Source: Hydrolagus affinis | Taxonomy: Eukaryota | Direction: 5' to 3' | DNA length: 64,000 nt | Assembly: GCA_012026655.1 (NCBI GenBank) | Contig: JAAILG010000025.1 | Coordinates: 124,001 to 188,000, forward strand | In this document: positions 52,339 to 63,744 of the stretch, in pieces | Layout: every line of letters starts with the position of its first letter | Position numbering within the stretch: position 1 is the stretch's first letter | Made by a program: the position numbers and the translations under genes | The notes under the pieces: model-generated | What the model saw: the letters and a program-made list of their open reading frames with translations, nothing else | Database searches by the model: none | Told to the model about the DNA's origin: nothing

Positions 52339-53918
52339 GTAAGGTTTGGGGTTCAGCGTTGACATTGCCAATTGGTTTCAATGGCTCAGACTGTTTATTT
52401 GATGGTCAATTTTTTGGTTGCATCGGCCCATCCTCCTCCTCCTCCTTTCCAGCGCTTTGGGACGTCCTCACGACACGAATGGCGCTGTGCAAATGTCATT
52501 TGTTGTTGTTCAATTAAATTACAGCGAAGATCCGCGAACAGCCACAAAGTGAACGGCCATTTTCTCTCTCTCTCTTTTTCTCTGTGGAGGATTGTGTCTT
52601 TGATATACACCAACAGGCAGGTGGGACCTCAGTTTAAAGTGCTCTCCTAGCACTGCGCTGGAGCGTCAGCCTAGACTGTGAGCTTCACAATCCCAACGTG
52701 GAGTGTGAATCCACTTTCTTCTGACTTAGTTTGGATTCATTAGATCTGTGTTTCACCAGCGACACTTCATCATAATCAGAAATAGATGTAAAAACCCACG
52801 GCGATCTTACAGAACTGTTCGAGGAGTGCCCTGGGACTTGATGCAGTGTTTAAAACAAATTGATTACATTTCAATTAATTTCCCTTTCACAAGGACTGCA
52901 ATTTGCAGATGCCAGTTATAATGCGGTAATTATTTCTCACAGAATGCGCCGAAGACTAGTGCTCCTATTGTGGCTGCTTCCTTGATGGTTCAGTGAGCAA
53001 TTGCGCTGAATAGTGTGGCATTGAGTTAAGACAGAGCAGGAACTTCTGAGGTGCAATTGTTGCTTCCCGTTGGGTGAGCCATTCTCGTCTGTTCCCAACA
53101 GTGTGCCTCAAACTCCCAGGTCTGCAAAGAGCGAAATCTTTGGTCAATGTTCTGCTTCACTGAACTTTGCTAGAAGCGTGTTTAGATGTGGGTGAAGAGA
53201 GGCCCAGAATGCCCCCAAAATGTTCGCTGTCTAGCGTAAAGGAAGGGTGGGTGAGGTATCAGGAAGGCGATGGCATTCACAGAAGCGAACTCGAGAAAAA
53301 AATTCTCACCTGCAGCACAGGAACGAAAGGAAAGAGTAAAACATTCTGGGGGGAAAAGGGCACTTGCCTAAGCGTTCAAGAATTCAGTGTTGGCTTCAGC
53401 CCAGAGTAACTACCATGAAAACACTTTGCAAATGGAGCATTAGAAGAGCGATTCCATTATCTTTTTTTTGTTGCTTGGAAAGCACAAGTTTGTGCTGTGA
53501 CGTGTGTTTATGTTGCACAGCAAATTTCCTTCTTTAGGATTTACTGGATTTGTATGCATCTGAATCGAGACATTCCCTCTCCCTTATCGGAGCTGTTTCA
53601 CCATGGCAATCAGGCAGATGAGGTTCCTGCTCGTGTCTCACGCTGTATACATATATATATACAGTACATATATATATATATTGGAACTATTTGGAAGCTG
53701 GTTCCAATTTGCAACACCAAACGACCCGTTTCAGTTAAAGCTGACATGGGCTTATGGTTGCACAAAGAAAAACAAGACAGAAAATAATAATATAAATGAA
53801 ATAACCAAATAAAACACACAAGGAGGAAAAGACCATGAGAGAGGAGAGGATTTGAAAGAAAGTTGATGCAGTGAAGTCCGCAGATTGTTTGGCGCGTACG
53901 CCCAGCTTCTGATTAGAG

Positions 53919-53943
53919 GTGTGTGTGTGTGTGTGTGTGTGTG
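53919..53943. repeat. (GT)n microsatellite
   Basis: Perfect GT run. Others at about 2613-2638, 3857-3870, 54175-54193, 61009-61022 and 62165-62182; (CT)n at about 42388-42408. Confidence 0.9.
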
Positions 53944-54747
53944 CAGCTACGATGAGGAATGTTAAGTTTCCCGGATTTCATAGCGGGTTTATGCAATAAA
54001 GAATGGAGCTGGGTGGCTCCCAGTTGAATATTGAGTGGCATGTGCAGAGTTAACGAATCTCAGTCAGGCAAGCAATGGAGAATGACCTGGGACCCTTGTC
54101 TAGGCAGGGGAAATCAGCCTTGATTCCATTCTCCTTGATCACTATTCAGTGACTCCTTGTGAACTGTATGTTGGTGTGTGTGTGTGTGTGTGTATGAGTG
54201 TTGGCACGTTTGTGTTTGCGTGCGAAATTAAGAGAAAGAGGGCGGAATCAGGCTAACTTACCACTGATAGCTGAACAAGTGTACAATGGGCACTTGAGCA
54301 AAGTACAAGAGGGTTACTGATGAATGTGAAACTACAACGCAGTAGAACGAAAAAAAGTCAATTGGCTGTAAGGAGAGGAGAGAAAAGATTTTAAAAATAT
54401 ATATATACAGTGTAATCCTTGCATTCAAATTCCTGGGATATTGTCGGGAGGGAGGGATGGGGGGGAATTCTGCAGGCATTACAGTCTTTGTAGCAAGTAT
54501 TTTTTTAAATACGCTGCTTCAGATACATTTCCATTAAACCATTGTAAACAATTTGATTACTATGTATTGGGCAAACAACACTGTGAGTCGAGCCGCACCT
54601 AATGATTTTGATTACAAACAACTGGTTTACCTACGGCTCAGTGAATTTTCAGTTTTCCTTGCTGTTGCTTCAGGAGAGGTTGATAAATTATGCAGAGTCA
54701 GTCTGCTGTTGTGTGCTTCGTGTTTGTGATGGCTTGTTCTTTTTTAG

Positions 54748-54860
54748 GTCACAGACAGACAATGAAGGGAATATTATAACTGAATCCAGTAGTGGGGGAG
54801 TGAACATGGAAACTGTGCTATACAGCAAAAATGGACAGCCCTGCTTGGAAGATCAGCCTG
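54748..54860 (+). CDS. NAV2: NAV2 exon (SQTDNEGNIITESSSGGVNMETVLYSKNGQPCLEDQP)
   Basis: tttttag acceptor and G|gtaagt donor; 113 nt, phase 2-1. Confidence 0.95.
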
Positions 54861-54875
54861 GTAAGTTACAGTCAC

Positions 54876-54992
54876 CGTGTTTCGCCCGCAAAATGTACCG
54901 TCGATTCACTCTACGGTATCTGCTGTGAAGCGCTTTGAGACATCTCGAAAATGTGTTTAGACGCAACATCAAAGGCAAGATTTATTATTATT
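54876..54992 (+). mobile_element. Family A SINE 3' tail, 15 nt downstream of a NAV2 donor
   Basis: cgtgtttcgcccgcaaaatgtaccgtcgattcact...gtgaagcgctttgagaca...tttattatta. Confidence 0.8.
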
Positions 54993-55314
54993 TAACTAAG
55001 CAATTGAACTGCAAATTAAACTGATGTACAGCGTTCCTTTTCTTCTTTGGAATAATCATTTTATTTTGAAACTAGACAATAGAAATATCGATATTGTTTT
55101 TTTGATATATTTTTGAAACCTTATCCTTCACGCATAACTTTTTTTAATAACGGGATAATTATTGATCTAGTTAAGTATCTACTTAATTGTTAGTATATAA
55201 TTAAGTATCTACTGTTAACTATTGTGAAAAAAATCAAATCTCAACATTTTTCTTCCTTTTACTGAATGCATTTGTCTAATTCTTACTGTCTTTTGTGGGG
55301 GTGGATTTCCACAG

Positions 55315-55365
55315 GTGCTGACAATACTGTGGTGCCTTCCCCGAGTGGACATTATCCTGTGAACG
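55315..55365 (+). CDS. Candidate 51-nt in-frame cassette exon (GADNTVVPSPSGHYPVN)
   Basis: ttccacag acceptor and ACG|gtgagt donor. Symmetric phase 1-1, no stop, CTAAT branch-like site near 55276. No protein homology recognised. Confidence 0.3.
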
Positions 55366-55644
55366 GTGAGTGTGGGTCAATTTACTCAACTGTATGTGGC
55401 TTTGACAGCCGAGCCTAATTCTGTCCTCAGCTGATATATACACACTCTGAGATTCTGTCCTGCGTGAGGGGCACTACAAATATGATCACTGGCCGAGTTT
55501 GTCTTCCCTAAACCTGAAGCCTTAGAGCCGACTGCAGTGCCCCGAATTGCCGAGATCACTTAGCTCAGAGTGATCCAAGAATCGAGTCTTGGGCTTTCCT
55601 CATCCCTCTTATTCAGTACAAGCAGAAGCATTGGGGAGTCAGGC

Positions 55645-55960
55645 GGAGCTCCTGTAGCTCAGTGGTTAGAGCACTCGCCTTACAAGCGTGAGACCTGTGT
55701 TTCGAATCCAGGCAGATCAGGGCGAATCCTTGGGCAAGTTTCCTTTCTCCATACGCCTAATAATAATCCGTCCGAAAAAATACACAATAATAAAAATTGT
55801 TCATTTTCAATCCACAACTGTTTGTGGGGACGCTGCTGTGCGCACTTGGCTGCTGCGTTTTGCCAACAAATATACAGTCAATTCACTTAACAGTATATTC
55901 TGTGAAGCGTTTTGATAAGATGTGAAAAGAGCTATATCAAATGCAACGATTATTATTATT
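55645..55960 (+). mobile_element. Family A SINE, full length, intact A/B boxes
   Basis: GGAGCTCCTGTAGCTCAGTGGTTAGAGCACTCGCCTTACAAGCGTGAGACCTGTGTTTCGAATCCAGG head, body and tail. Confidence 0.92.
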
Positions 55961-56914
55961 AATACAAAATATTTATGTTGCTGAGGCTTAGTAAGCTTGT
56001 TTCATTCCTGTCTTGCCAATCTCTCGCTTGACAGCCTTAAGATAAACCCAGTCAGATGTTGAGGTCCAACCGAGATATCGCAGAGAGAATGCGCTGTACT
56101 AATAACATTGATGCAGCGGTTTTGTGCTAAATTTGTGGCAATCACATTAACATCATTCTATGCAATCAACAATGCAACACAGACAGAGTGTATGGCCTGA
56201 GTGTTGTATGTGCGAACAGTGACATCAACAAAGCAACGTTTTGATTAATGGAACCAATTTCACTTCAATTTGAAAGAAAATTAAAATGCGATGCGTTTAT
56301 AAATGTAATGTTTACGTCTCATCTCTCTTGACGACGTTGCATTTACTGTTCCTGATTAACCCATTCTTAATCCACTGGGACAGTGGGCCCTCATTTTGTG
56401 CTGGTCCTCCCGGCATCGGTGTTTTCCCAGGGGGCAGGTCCATTAGTGGGAGTGAAACCGACCTTACTCGGATATACCCTGTGCAATGTGCAGCACTGAA
56501 AATGAGGTCAGGCTCGGGAACGGGAGGGAGGGAGGGAAAGAGGAGAAAAGTACACGTGCCAAAGTCCCCAATGGACAGTACAGCTAAGCTAGGATGTCAA
56601 CTGTGTGCAACTGAGAATTTTCATGCATTTTTTTTTAACAAGGTAGAGATTTTGCAATCTTTAATTTTGAAGTTTAATGCTGCAGGTTGTTAAAGGTAAA
56701 TTGCGGTTGAATTGTCGCCCTACCTGATACGCCGGGTGCTTGGGGAGACTGCTCCTTTAATGCCCACAGCATTGTGTTGCTGGCTCTCTGCAGCGCAGAC
56801 TTGCAAATAAGGGGAAGGGAAGGCAAGCGGTGCAGTGGGATTCTGTTTCGCGATATTCCAGGGTTAAAAATAGATTCTGAATCAAAATGGTATAGTCCTT
56901 AGCCATTCAGCAAA

Positions 56915-57215
56915 CAACAAACAATAACTTGAATTTATTTAGCGGCTTCCACGCCGGGCAGCGTCTCAAAGAGCTTCACAATGTTGGAGCCCGAGGCCGA
57001 GCCAGGGGGACGGGGAAGGTGACCGTACGTGCGGTCGAAGAGAAATATCCACAGGCGCGACCTGAAGATGGGGAAGGAGGTGGTGGGGGTGGGGAGGTGA
57101 GGCGAACGGGTTGAGAGAGGGAGTTCCAAAGTTTCAGGGCGTAGTGGCTGAAAGCACGGCCACCAATGGTGGAGCGGAGGCCGAGGAGGAGGCCGGACCC
57201 AGAAGGTTCGAGCTG
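56915..57215 (-). mobile_element. L2-clade LINE 3' fragment (ORF2 C-terminus)
   Basis: The translation STIGGRAFSHYALKLWNSLSQPVR in ORF 56976..57509 matches the typical L2 ORF2 C-terminal G.RAFS...LWNSL motif; TGT-type tail. Confidence 0.85.
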
Positions 57216-58139
57216 GAAGGTTGTATGATGACACTTGTTTGCTGTTATCAACCTGGTTAGAAGTAGAAGTGTCTTAGACTGAGGAGAAAAACCAACCAAC
57301 CAACCAACCAAGCTCCAAATCCTAATAGCTTTCAAGTGAACTCCTGCAAGTGGATGACGGTCAAAGGCAGGATTGGTTCTGGATCCTATCTCTCCACATA
57401 CAAACCACCAGGATCGAGTAGAGAACAAAGCACCTTGAGGAAAAAAAATCAAAAGGCATAGGAGAGGAGCAAAGGGTGGAACAAAATTGGCAAAAAGGCT
57501 AAACCCCACCCCACCACAAAACCATATACTTTGTTGAAAAATTACCCCCCCACCTTCAGTTTACCTTCCTGTAACCAGAGTGAGTGGCAACTTAAGACGA
57601 GGGTGGAGTGATAGGGGGGGTGGGGTTAAGAGGAAATTTGTTCATCTGTTCATCTATTCTCTTGGTGGGTTAAAAGAGGCATTCGCAGTTTATTGATGGT
57701 GGGGGGGGTAGGGGGGATGGGCATGGGGAAGGCGGGTTGGAAGGGGTGTGTGGAGTTGGGGGGAGGGAAAGGCTTATGTTTTTTTTGAATAGAGCAAGAT
57801 TCACAACACTGGAGGTGGTGAATAGACGTTTTGTAGTCTGAGGTCGGCTGAGCTGCTGTTGTGCCCATTTCAGCTGTTTGTACCATGGCAGCCTTAGAGC
57901 AAGACAAACACAAGTATGAGAAAGAGTGAACACCAGATGCATATTAAGGGGGCAGTGAGGACTCAGACTGTGCCACGATGGTAATGACTGAAACATTTTC
58001 AATAAGCTTTTCTCTGTATGGCTGACCCGAGAACATAACAGGCTGTTTTCTCCTTCTCCCACCCACACCCCCACCCCCACCCGCCCACCCTCACCCCTCC
58101 CACCACCCCCACCAACCCCATCCGTCAATTTAAACACGG

Positions 58140-59220
58140 GCTTAAGAAGCCTGGAGTAAGAGAGCTCGCTCACTCGCTGTGCGAGAGAAAGCGTCCCTTC
58201 ATAACAGACGGTGCGAAGCAAAATCTGGTTGATGAGTTTCTGTTGCCGTACGCTTACTTTTGACCTAAATCTGTGCAAACTCCCAAAGTTCACCTGGCGT
58301 GTTTGAGTGTGGGTGGAGTGGTGGAGGGGGGGAGGGGTTCTGTTACTGTGTGGCAGATGAAAGTTAGCAGACGTGCGAAAAGCCAACTGAAAGAGGCTGT
58401 TTAACACTCGTCTGCAAAAGAGAGTGCGGCACACACGTAAGGCAGAGAGTAAACTTTCAGTGGGAGACCCGACGAGGGAGAGAAAGAGAGGAAGCAGAAA
58501 CGGATCGCGTTGTTAGTCAGTCAGTCAGTCAGTGATGTATCAGCCGAGCAGCAGAAACCGCGTTTACACCTCGAAAAATCCCGGGGACTGTGAACAGAAA
58601 GTCAGAGCCGGGATTGCAAGATCCGAAAAAGATCGATTTTACCCCAGAAATCCTGTGCTTTCCTGGGGCTGCAGCAGTCTGCTGAAAGATTCAAAGCAAC
58701 AGCACCGCGACCACCAACAACAACAACACCACCGACAATGGGAGGGAGACGCGAAGACGCAAACGGCCACTCCAATAGAGCTCAACTCGTCGAGGATATT
58801 TAGGAAAGCTTTCGGTTCGGTGTGCGGGCGTTCTGAGAGGTGCACGGCCGGGAACCGGGTCAGCAGGATCCCCACGATGTGCGGAGTGACGGGAAGCGGG
58901 AGGGGGCCGGTAGCTAAACCGGGACCGAGCGGAAGCGCCCGAAAGGGGTCCACGGTGGTGTGTGGAAGCAAAGAGTTGTGCAAAGTGAACGTGAAGCACA
59001 TGTGCGTTTGGCAAGGGATCGCTCGCATCAATGAGGAGACTTTGCTCACGATGCTGGACGTCTACCAGCATCTGAACAGTAAGTGTAACGTTAGTCAATC
59101 GGAACCTGGACTTGTGGTTCTTTTGTCAGCGGGAGGAGAACGCATACGTTCGAAGTCAGATTTGTGTCCGAATCGAGTAAGTGTAAGACGAGCGGATTGA
59201 AGCGTAAAAGTTCAAAACGG
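58140..59220 (+). promoter_or_regulatory. CpG-rich internal promoter / 5' region
   Basis: CG dinucleotides are visibly denser than in the CpG-depleted flanking introns. G-run tracts lie upstream, and a (GTCA)4 repeat containing TCAGT (Inr-like) is at about 58516-58533. Confidence 0.55.
59000..59078 (+). CDS. NAV2: Putative internal alternative first coding exon of NAV2 (MCVWQGIARINEETLLTMLDVYQHLN-R)
   Basis: ATG at 59000 to an A|gtaagt donor. Phase 1 joins in frame to the exon at 61099 (A+GG=Arg, then DDPETRR). Lies in a CpG-rich patch; the frame is open back to an ATG at 58535. Confidence 0.65.
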
Positions 59221-60421
59221 CCTTTCTGGTCGTTGCTACTGAATTGCAAGATGTTAGGTTTGTGCTGAGTTGCGCTGAGTGCTTGGGACGTCCTCTGACG
59301 TGAAAGGCGCTGTACAAGTGTAATTTTTGTTGTTGTTGAGTTACCTGGACAAAACCGTTGGAAGAAACGCTGCTGCCCACAGATTTCATTGAAACAGACG
59401 CAGTGGGAGACTGTCATGTGATAGGGATAATGTAATGCAAAGGACCTTCTGCTGAGATTAGCTGCATGTGCAGCCTCACAATGACTGTAATGTCTATATA
59501 CCAGACAAAGTCTGTTTTTATTGTTGGTTCAATGTTACAGAGTTTAGTGCTCCCATCTGGGGCGGACTGATGTTATATAGCCTTAGCCGCAGGACCCCAC
59601 CTCAGATAGTTTCATTGCCTGTCCATTATTGCCATTAAGGAGTTGCTAAGTCCAGTGATACCATTGCGGGTTGTGTCACCCTTGAATTACCGAACAAACT
59701 GGAGGACTGAGAATGCCGCTTTCTGTCTGTCGGACCACATCATTTGGTGCTGGGTTTATTTACATTCCTTAATTGTAATCCTTGCATTTTGATTATGGGG
59801 CCTTTTCATGTCATGAATTTCAGCGAAGTGGAGAGACTGCGTATTTTGCCAGGCAAACTTGGTAGCCAGTTTTGCAGACAGGAACATCCCGGATGCAAAC
59901 AGCCATGAAGTGAATGACCGATTTTATCTCGGAGATGGTTGGCCAGGGTACTGGGGGAAACGCCCTTGCGTTTCTGAAGCACTTGACATTGGTGAAGTCT
60001 GACCCTGACCCCGATATAACGCCTTATCGTATCTTCGAGACACCTCAAAGCTCTGTGATTGTTTGTTTTGTGGGCGAAACGTCAACCCACAGGACTACAG
60101 TGGAGTGTTTGCGTTTATAAGGTATATTCAGAGTATGTGGCTTTGATAGTGACCTTTGCAGTGAAAGCACTTGTCCCCATTGATTCAGCGGTTGGTGTGG
60201 TGTGATATTGACAGGTTTGATCTCCCGAAGAATGGCTGTAACACTGCTCTGAAGAGTCTGGCTCTTTGATTTCTGTGTCCACCAGTGGGAAATACCAGGG
60301 CTTTGTTCACCTGATGGCAGGGTCAAGCTGAGCAATTTATTATGGCCCTGAACCTGTGGTTTCATGGTACACAATGCTGGGGAACTGTTCTGCGTATTTT
60401 ACAGCATTCGCAAACCTTTTT

Positions 60422-60544
60422 AATAATAATAATCCTTGCATTTGATATAGCGCTTTTCACGTCTGCTAGACGTCTCAAAGCGCTTCAGAGAATGTACTGT
60501 AAAGGGAATTGACTGTGTAAATGTGGGCAAAATGCGGCAGCCAG
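60422..60544 (-). mobile_element. Family A SINE 3' tail
   Basis: aataataatccttgcatttgatatagcgcttttcacgtc... Confidence 0.85.
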
Positions 60545-61098
60545 TGTAAAATAGTTATAACATCTGAAGTGTGGCAATAAAACAAGAATAGCAATTTGTA
60601 CTGTGATGTGATGGTGAGGTTCATTATAAATGAAAGAGAAAGATCCACTGTCGATGTTATTGTTCTAACATAAAATAATCCAGAAAATTGTTAAGTATGT
60701 TCTGTTCTTATATTCAGAGAAACTGAATATTCTGGCTGCTTACTGCTAGGTGATACTTCGACACGCAGCAGAAGGACAAGTCCTATATTTCGGGTCATGA
60801 AGTGCGACAGTAAAAAAAAACGACAGCAATTTAAACATGATGTGACGTGATCCATCTGTTGAGTTTTCACTCCATCTGTCGGAGCATTGTGATTAACATC
60901 AAGCCTGGGGTGTGCATTTGCGTACCTTGAATTTACTGTACTCTTCAGACGACGTAGCTGGCTCCACTAAAGATGTGCAAGGAACAGCGAGCTCAGCGGG
61001 TGTTTGTTTGTGTGTGTGTGTGGCTGTAGTTATGACGCCTTTTGCAGGGTCGTAAATGTCACGGGGCAATCAATTTCATAAGGCGGTTTTGTCCTCAG

Positions 61099-61207
61099 GG
61101 GATGACCCGGAGACTCGAAGGCTGCGGACTGTTAAGAACATCGCCGACCTGCGTCAGAACCTGGAGGAGACCATGTCAAGTTTACGAGGGACGCAGATCA
61201 CACACAG
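61099..61207 (+). CDS. NAV2: NAV2 exon, coiled coil 1 (GDDPETRRLRTVKNIADLRQNLEETMSSLRGTQITH)
   Basis: cctcag acceptor and AG|gtaccc donor; 109 nt, phase 1-2. Strongly conserved navigator motif. Confidence 0.97.
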
Positions 61208-62459
61208 GTACCCGTGCGCTCTGTAATAGTTCACTTGAACGTCGACAGTCACCAACACAAACACCATTGCGCTTGGAGCCATAATATAGCATGGCGTGGG
61301 CAGCGAGTGCACAGCTCAAATCACGTATGTACGCTGTATGCTGTTGACGGGCTATTTTCGTCTAATAATCAAACGCGACACTTTGATGTCTTGTGTGCAA
61401 GACGTAAGGATAGGCTGAAAATCTGAGCCCCTTGTAAGGAGATGGGCCGCTGAGTTAAATTGATAACATGCAGATAATGTGATGGTGAACGCACTGGAAG
61501 TTTTGAATAAAACATAAACAGCTAATCCGAACAAAGCAGCTCTCTCTCCTGCATACTATTTCCATATAAAACATAGTAAGTGGTACAGTACTGTAGTATG
61601 GAAGAAAAATCTTCTCCACAGCAAACAAAGTACATTATGAAAGAGATTAAAAAAACATGGATGTTGTCTTGGCTTGTGAAGATTTAGCTTTCATCAGTCG
61701 TGTGTCTGATATGTCTAACTTCAATTTCTGAAGACATGAATTAGGTTTGAATGTTGGGCAAAAAAAACCCAACTGGATTAAGTCTATTTAAATAATTCAG
61801 CTGAAGAGGCTAAACAAACGTTTTGGTATTTAAATAACCAGATCAATGGGATAGAGTTTATTTTCTTTTTATGACGCGTTTTCTTATTTAGATTTTTGGC
61901 AAGTATTCCTTTTTAAGTAGCTGAAAAAGCCATTCCGGGGAGGACAAGCAAGCTTTTGACCAGCGGAATGTGGGAATACGACCTCTGGCAACACCTGAAC
62001 CTTTCAGTAGCTTTTAAGGCCATCGGTCAGAGCTTTGTGATTAACATTAAGCCTGGAGTACACATTTGCGTAACTTGAATGTGATTTACTGTACTCTTTT
62101 GGACGATGGAGCTGGCTTCACTGATCATTGTGAATGCCTTCAAGGGGCCTGTTTGTTGTACTGAGTGTGTGTGTGTGTGTGTACTGCGAGTCCAGCAATT
62201 GGGCCAATAGGTTCCTTTGTGCAAAATAACGTCCGGGGAAACAGAACTCGGGACCCCCTGCTGTTCGCGAACATTTTGTTTCTTTGGCATTCGGTGATGA
62301 ATATAAATTCTGGCCATGTGCAAGTGGTGTTCCGATGCCATGTTGGCACCCAAGTATGGTATCTGCGCTGTTGAATTTCGCTCTCTCTCTCTGCGTCGCT
62401 TTAATGTGAGAGTTTTTTCTCTCTCTTGTGTTTCTTTTTTTTCTTCCCCACCCCCCCAG

Positions 62460-62849
62460 CACACTGGAAACCACTTTCGACAGCAGTGTTACCACGGAGA
62501 TCAGCGGGCGCAGTATACTCAGCATGACGGGCAGGTCCACCCCGTTGTCGTGGAGGCTTGGCCAATCGAGCCCTCGTCTCCAGGCCGGCGACGCTCCTTC
62601 GTTGGGCAACGGGTACCCTCCTCGGGCCAATGCCAGCCGCTTCATCCATCCCGAGTCTGGCCGCTACATGTACACCACACCGCTCCGCAGGCAGCTGGCG
62701 TCACGCAGCAGCAACATGTGCCACTCGGACATGCCCGATAAGAGCAGCGACGACATGAATCTCGAGGCCATCAACTTGGACGTGGCTGGTTACATGAGCG
62801 ACGGCGACGTCCTGGGGAAGAACCTACGGACCGACGATATCGCCAGCGG
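62460..62849 (+). CDS. NAV2: NAV2 exon (STLETTFDSSVTTEISGRS...WRLGQSSPRLQAGDAPS...GYMSDGDVLGKNLRTDDIASG)
   Basis: ccccag acceptor and GG|gtgagg donor; 390 nt, phase 2-2. Matches ORF 62428..62853. Confidence 0.97.
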
Positions 62850-62903
62850 GTGAGGAGACGCAAAGCCTTTAATCTAAATGTGTTTGTGCCAACGTATCTC
62901 AGT

Positions 62904-63205
62904 ACAACAACAACAATAGCAACAACTTGGATTTATATAGCGCCCTCACTCCACGCCGGACGGCGTCTCAGAGCGCTTCCCAATAACGGATCTCGGGGCC
63001 GAGCCGGGCGGAGGGGTGGGAAGGTGACTGAAAACGCGGTCGAAAAGAAACGTCTGTAGCCAAGACCTGAAAGTAGGAAGAGAGGGGGCGAGGCGAAGCG
63101 TGTGAGTAAGGGAGTTCCAGAGCCTCGGGACGTAGTGGTTGAAGGCACGGCTGCCGATGGTGGAGCGGAGGATTCGGGGGACAAGGAGGAGGCCAGACCC
63201 AGTAG
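62904..63205 (-). mobile_element. L2-clade LINE 3' fragment
   Basis: Closely similar to 56915-57215 (ctccacgccggacggcgtctcagagcgcttc...gggagttccagagcc...gatggtggagcggagg). Confidence 0.85.
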
Positions 63206-63627
63206 AGCCAAGGCAACGGGTGCTTTTGTAATGGGTAAAGAGAAATCTCAGTAATGGGTGAAGAGATGTTCTGCACAGTCACAGATCATCATTTGTGACC
63301 TGCCACATGACTAAAATATACCGGCAAATCTTAAATTCAGTTCCCTGCACGATCCTTTATCTCTGCTGCGCGTCAGTGTGAGGAGATTAATGGCCTAAGT
63401 TTGGTTTGATCGGTTACGTGGTTGAATAGGATTCTCCCCCAACTAAGTTGAAGAAAAAAAACACCAGTGAATTATTTGTGCACATTGTACACCATTGTTA
63501 CTGAATAACTTTGGCATCGGGGTCAGAGTATAAATAATAACAGTGTCTGAGGACATTTATATTTACGCCACATTTCGCTTATGAACCACTTGAGATCAGC
63601 GATGGAGATCAGGAATAACAACCCTTA

Positions 63628-63744
63628 CTTCGCCCACAAATATACAGTCAGTTCACTTTACAGTATATTCTGTGAAGCGCTTTGAGACGTCGATACAATG
63701 TGAAAAGCGCTATATCAAATGCAAGGATTATTACTATTATTATT
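63628..63744 (+). mobile_element. Family A SINE 3' tail
   Basis: ttcgcccacaaatatacagtc...tgtgaagcgctttgagacgtc...atcaaatgcaaggattatt. Confidence 0.85.

Noticed and set aside
55645-55715. tRNA-Val(TAC)-like gene
   Set aside because: No proper acceptor stem or terminator, and it runs directly into a SINE body repeated many times. It is a SINE head.
57670-58434. 254-aa antisense ORF
   Set aside because: Non-ATG start, low-complexity Pro/Gly runs from G/C tracts, and no recognisable domain.
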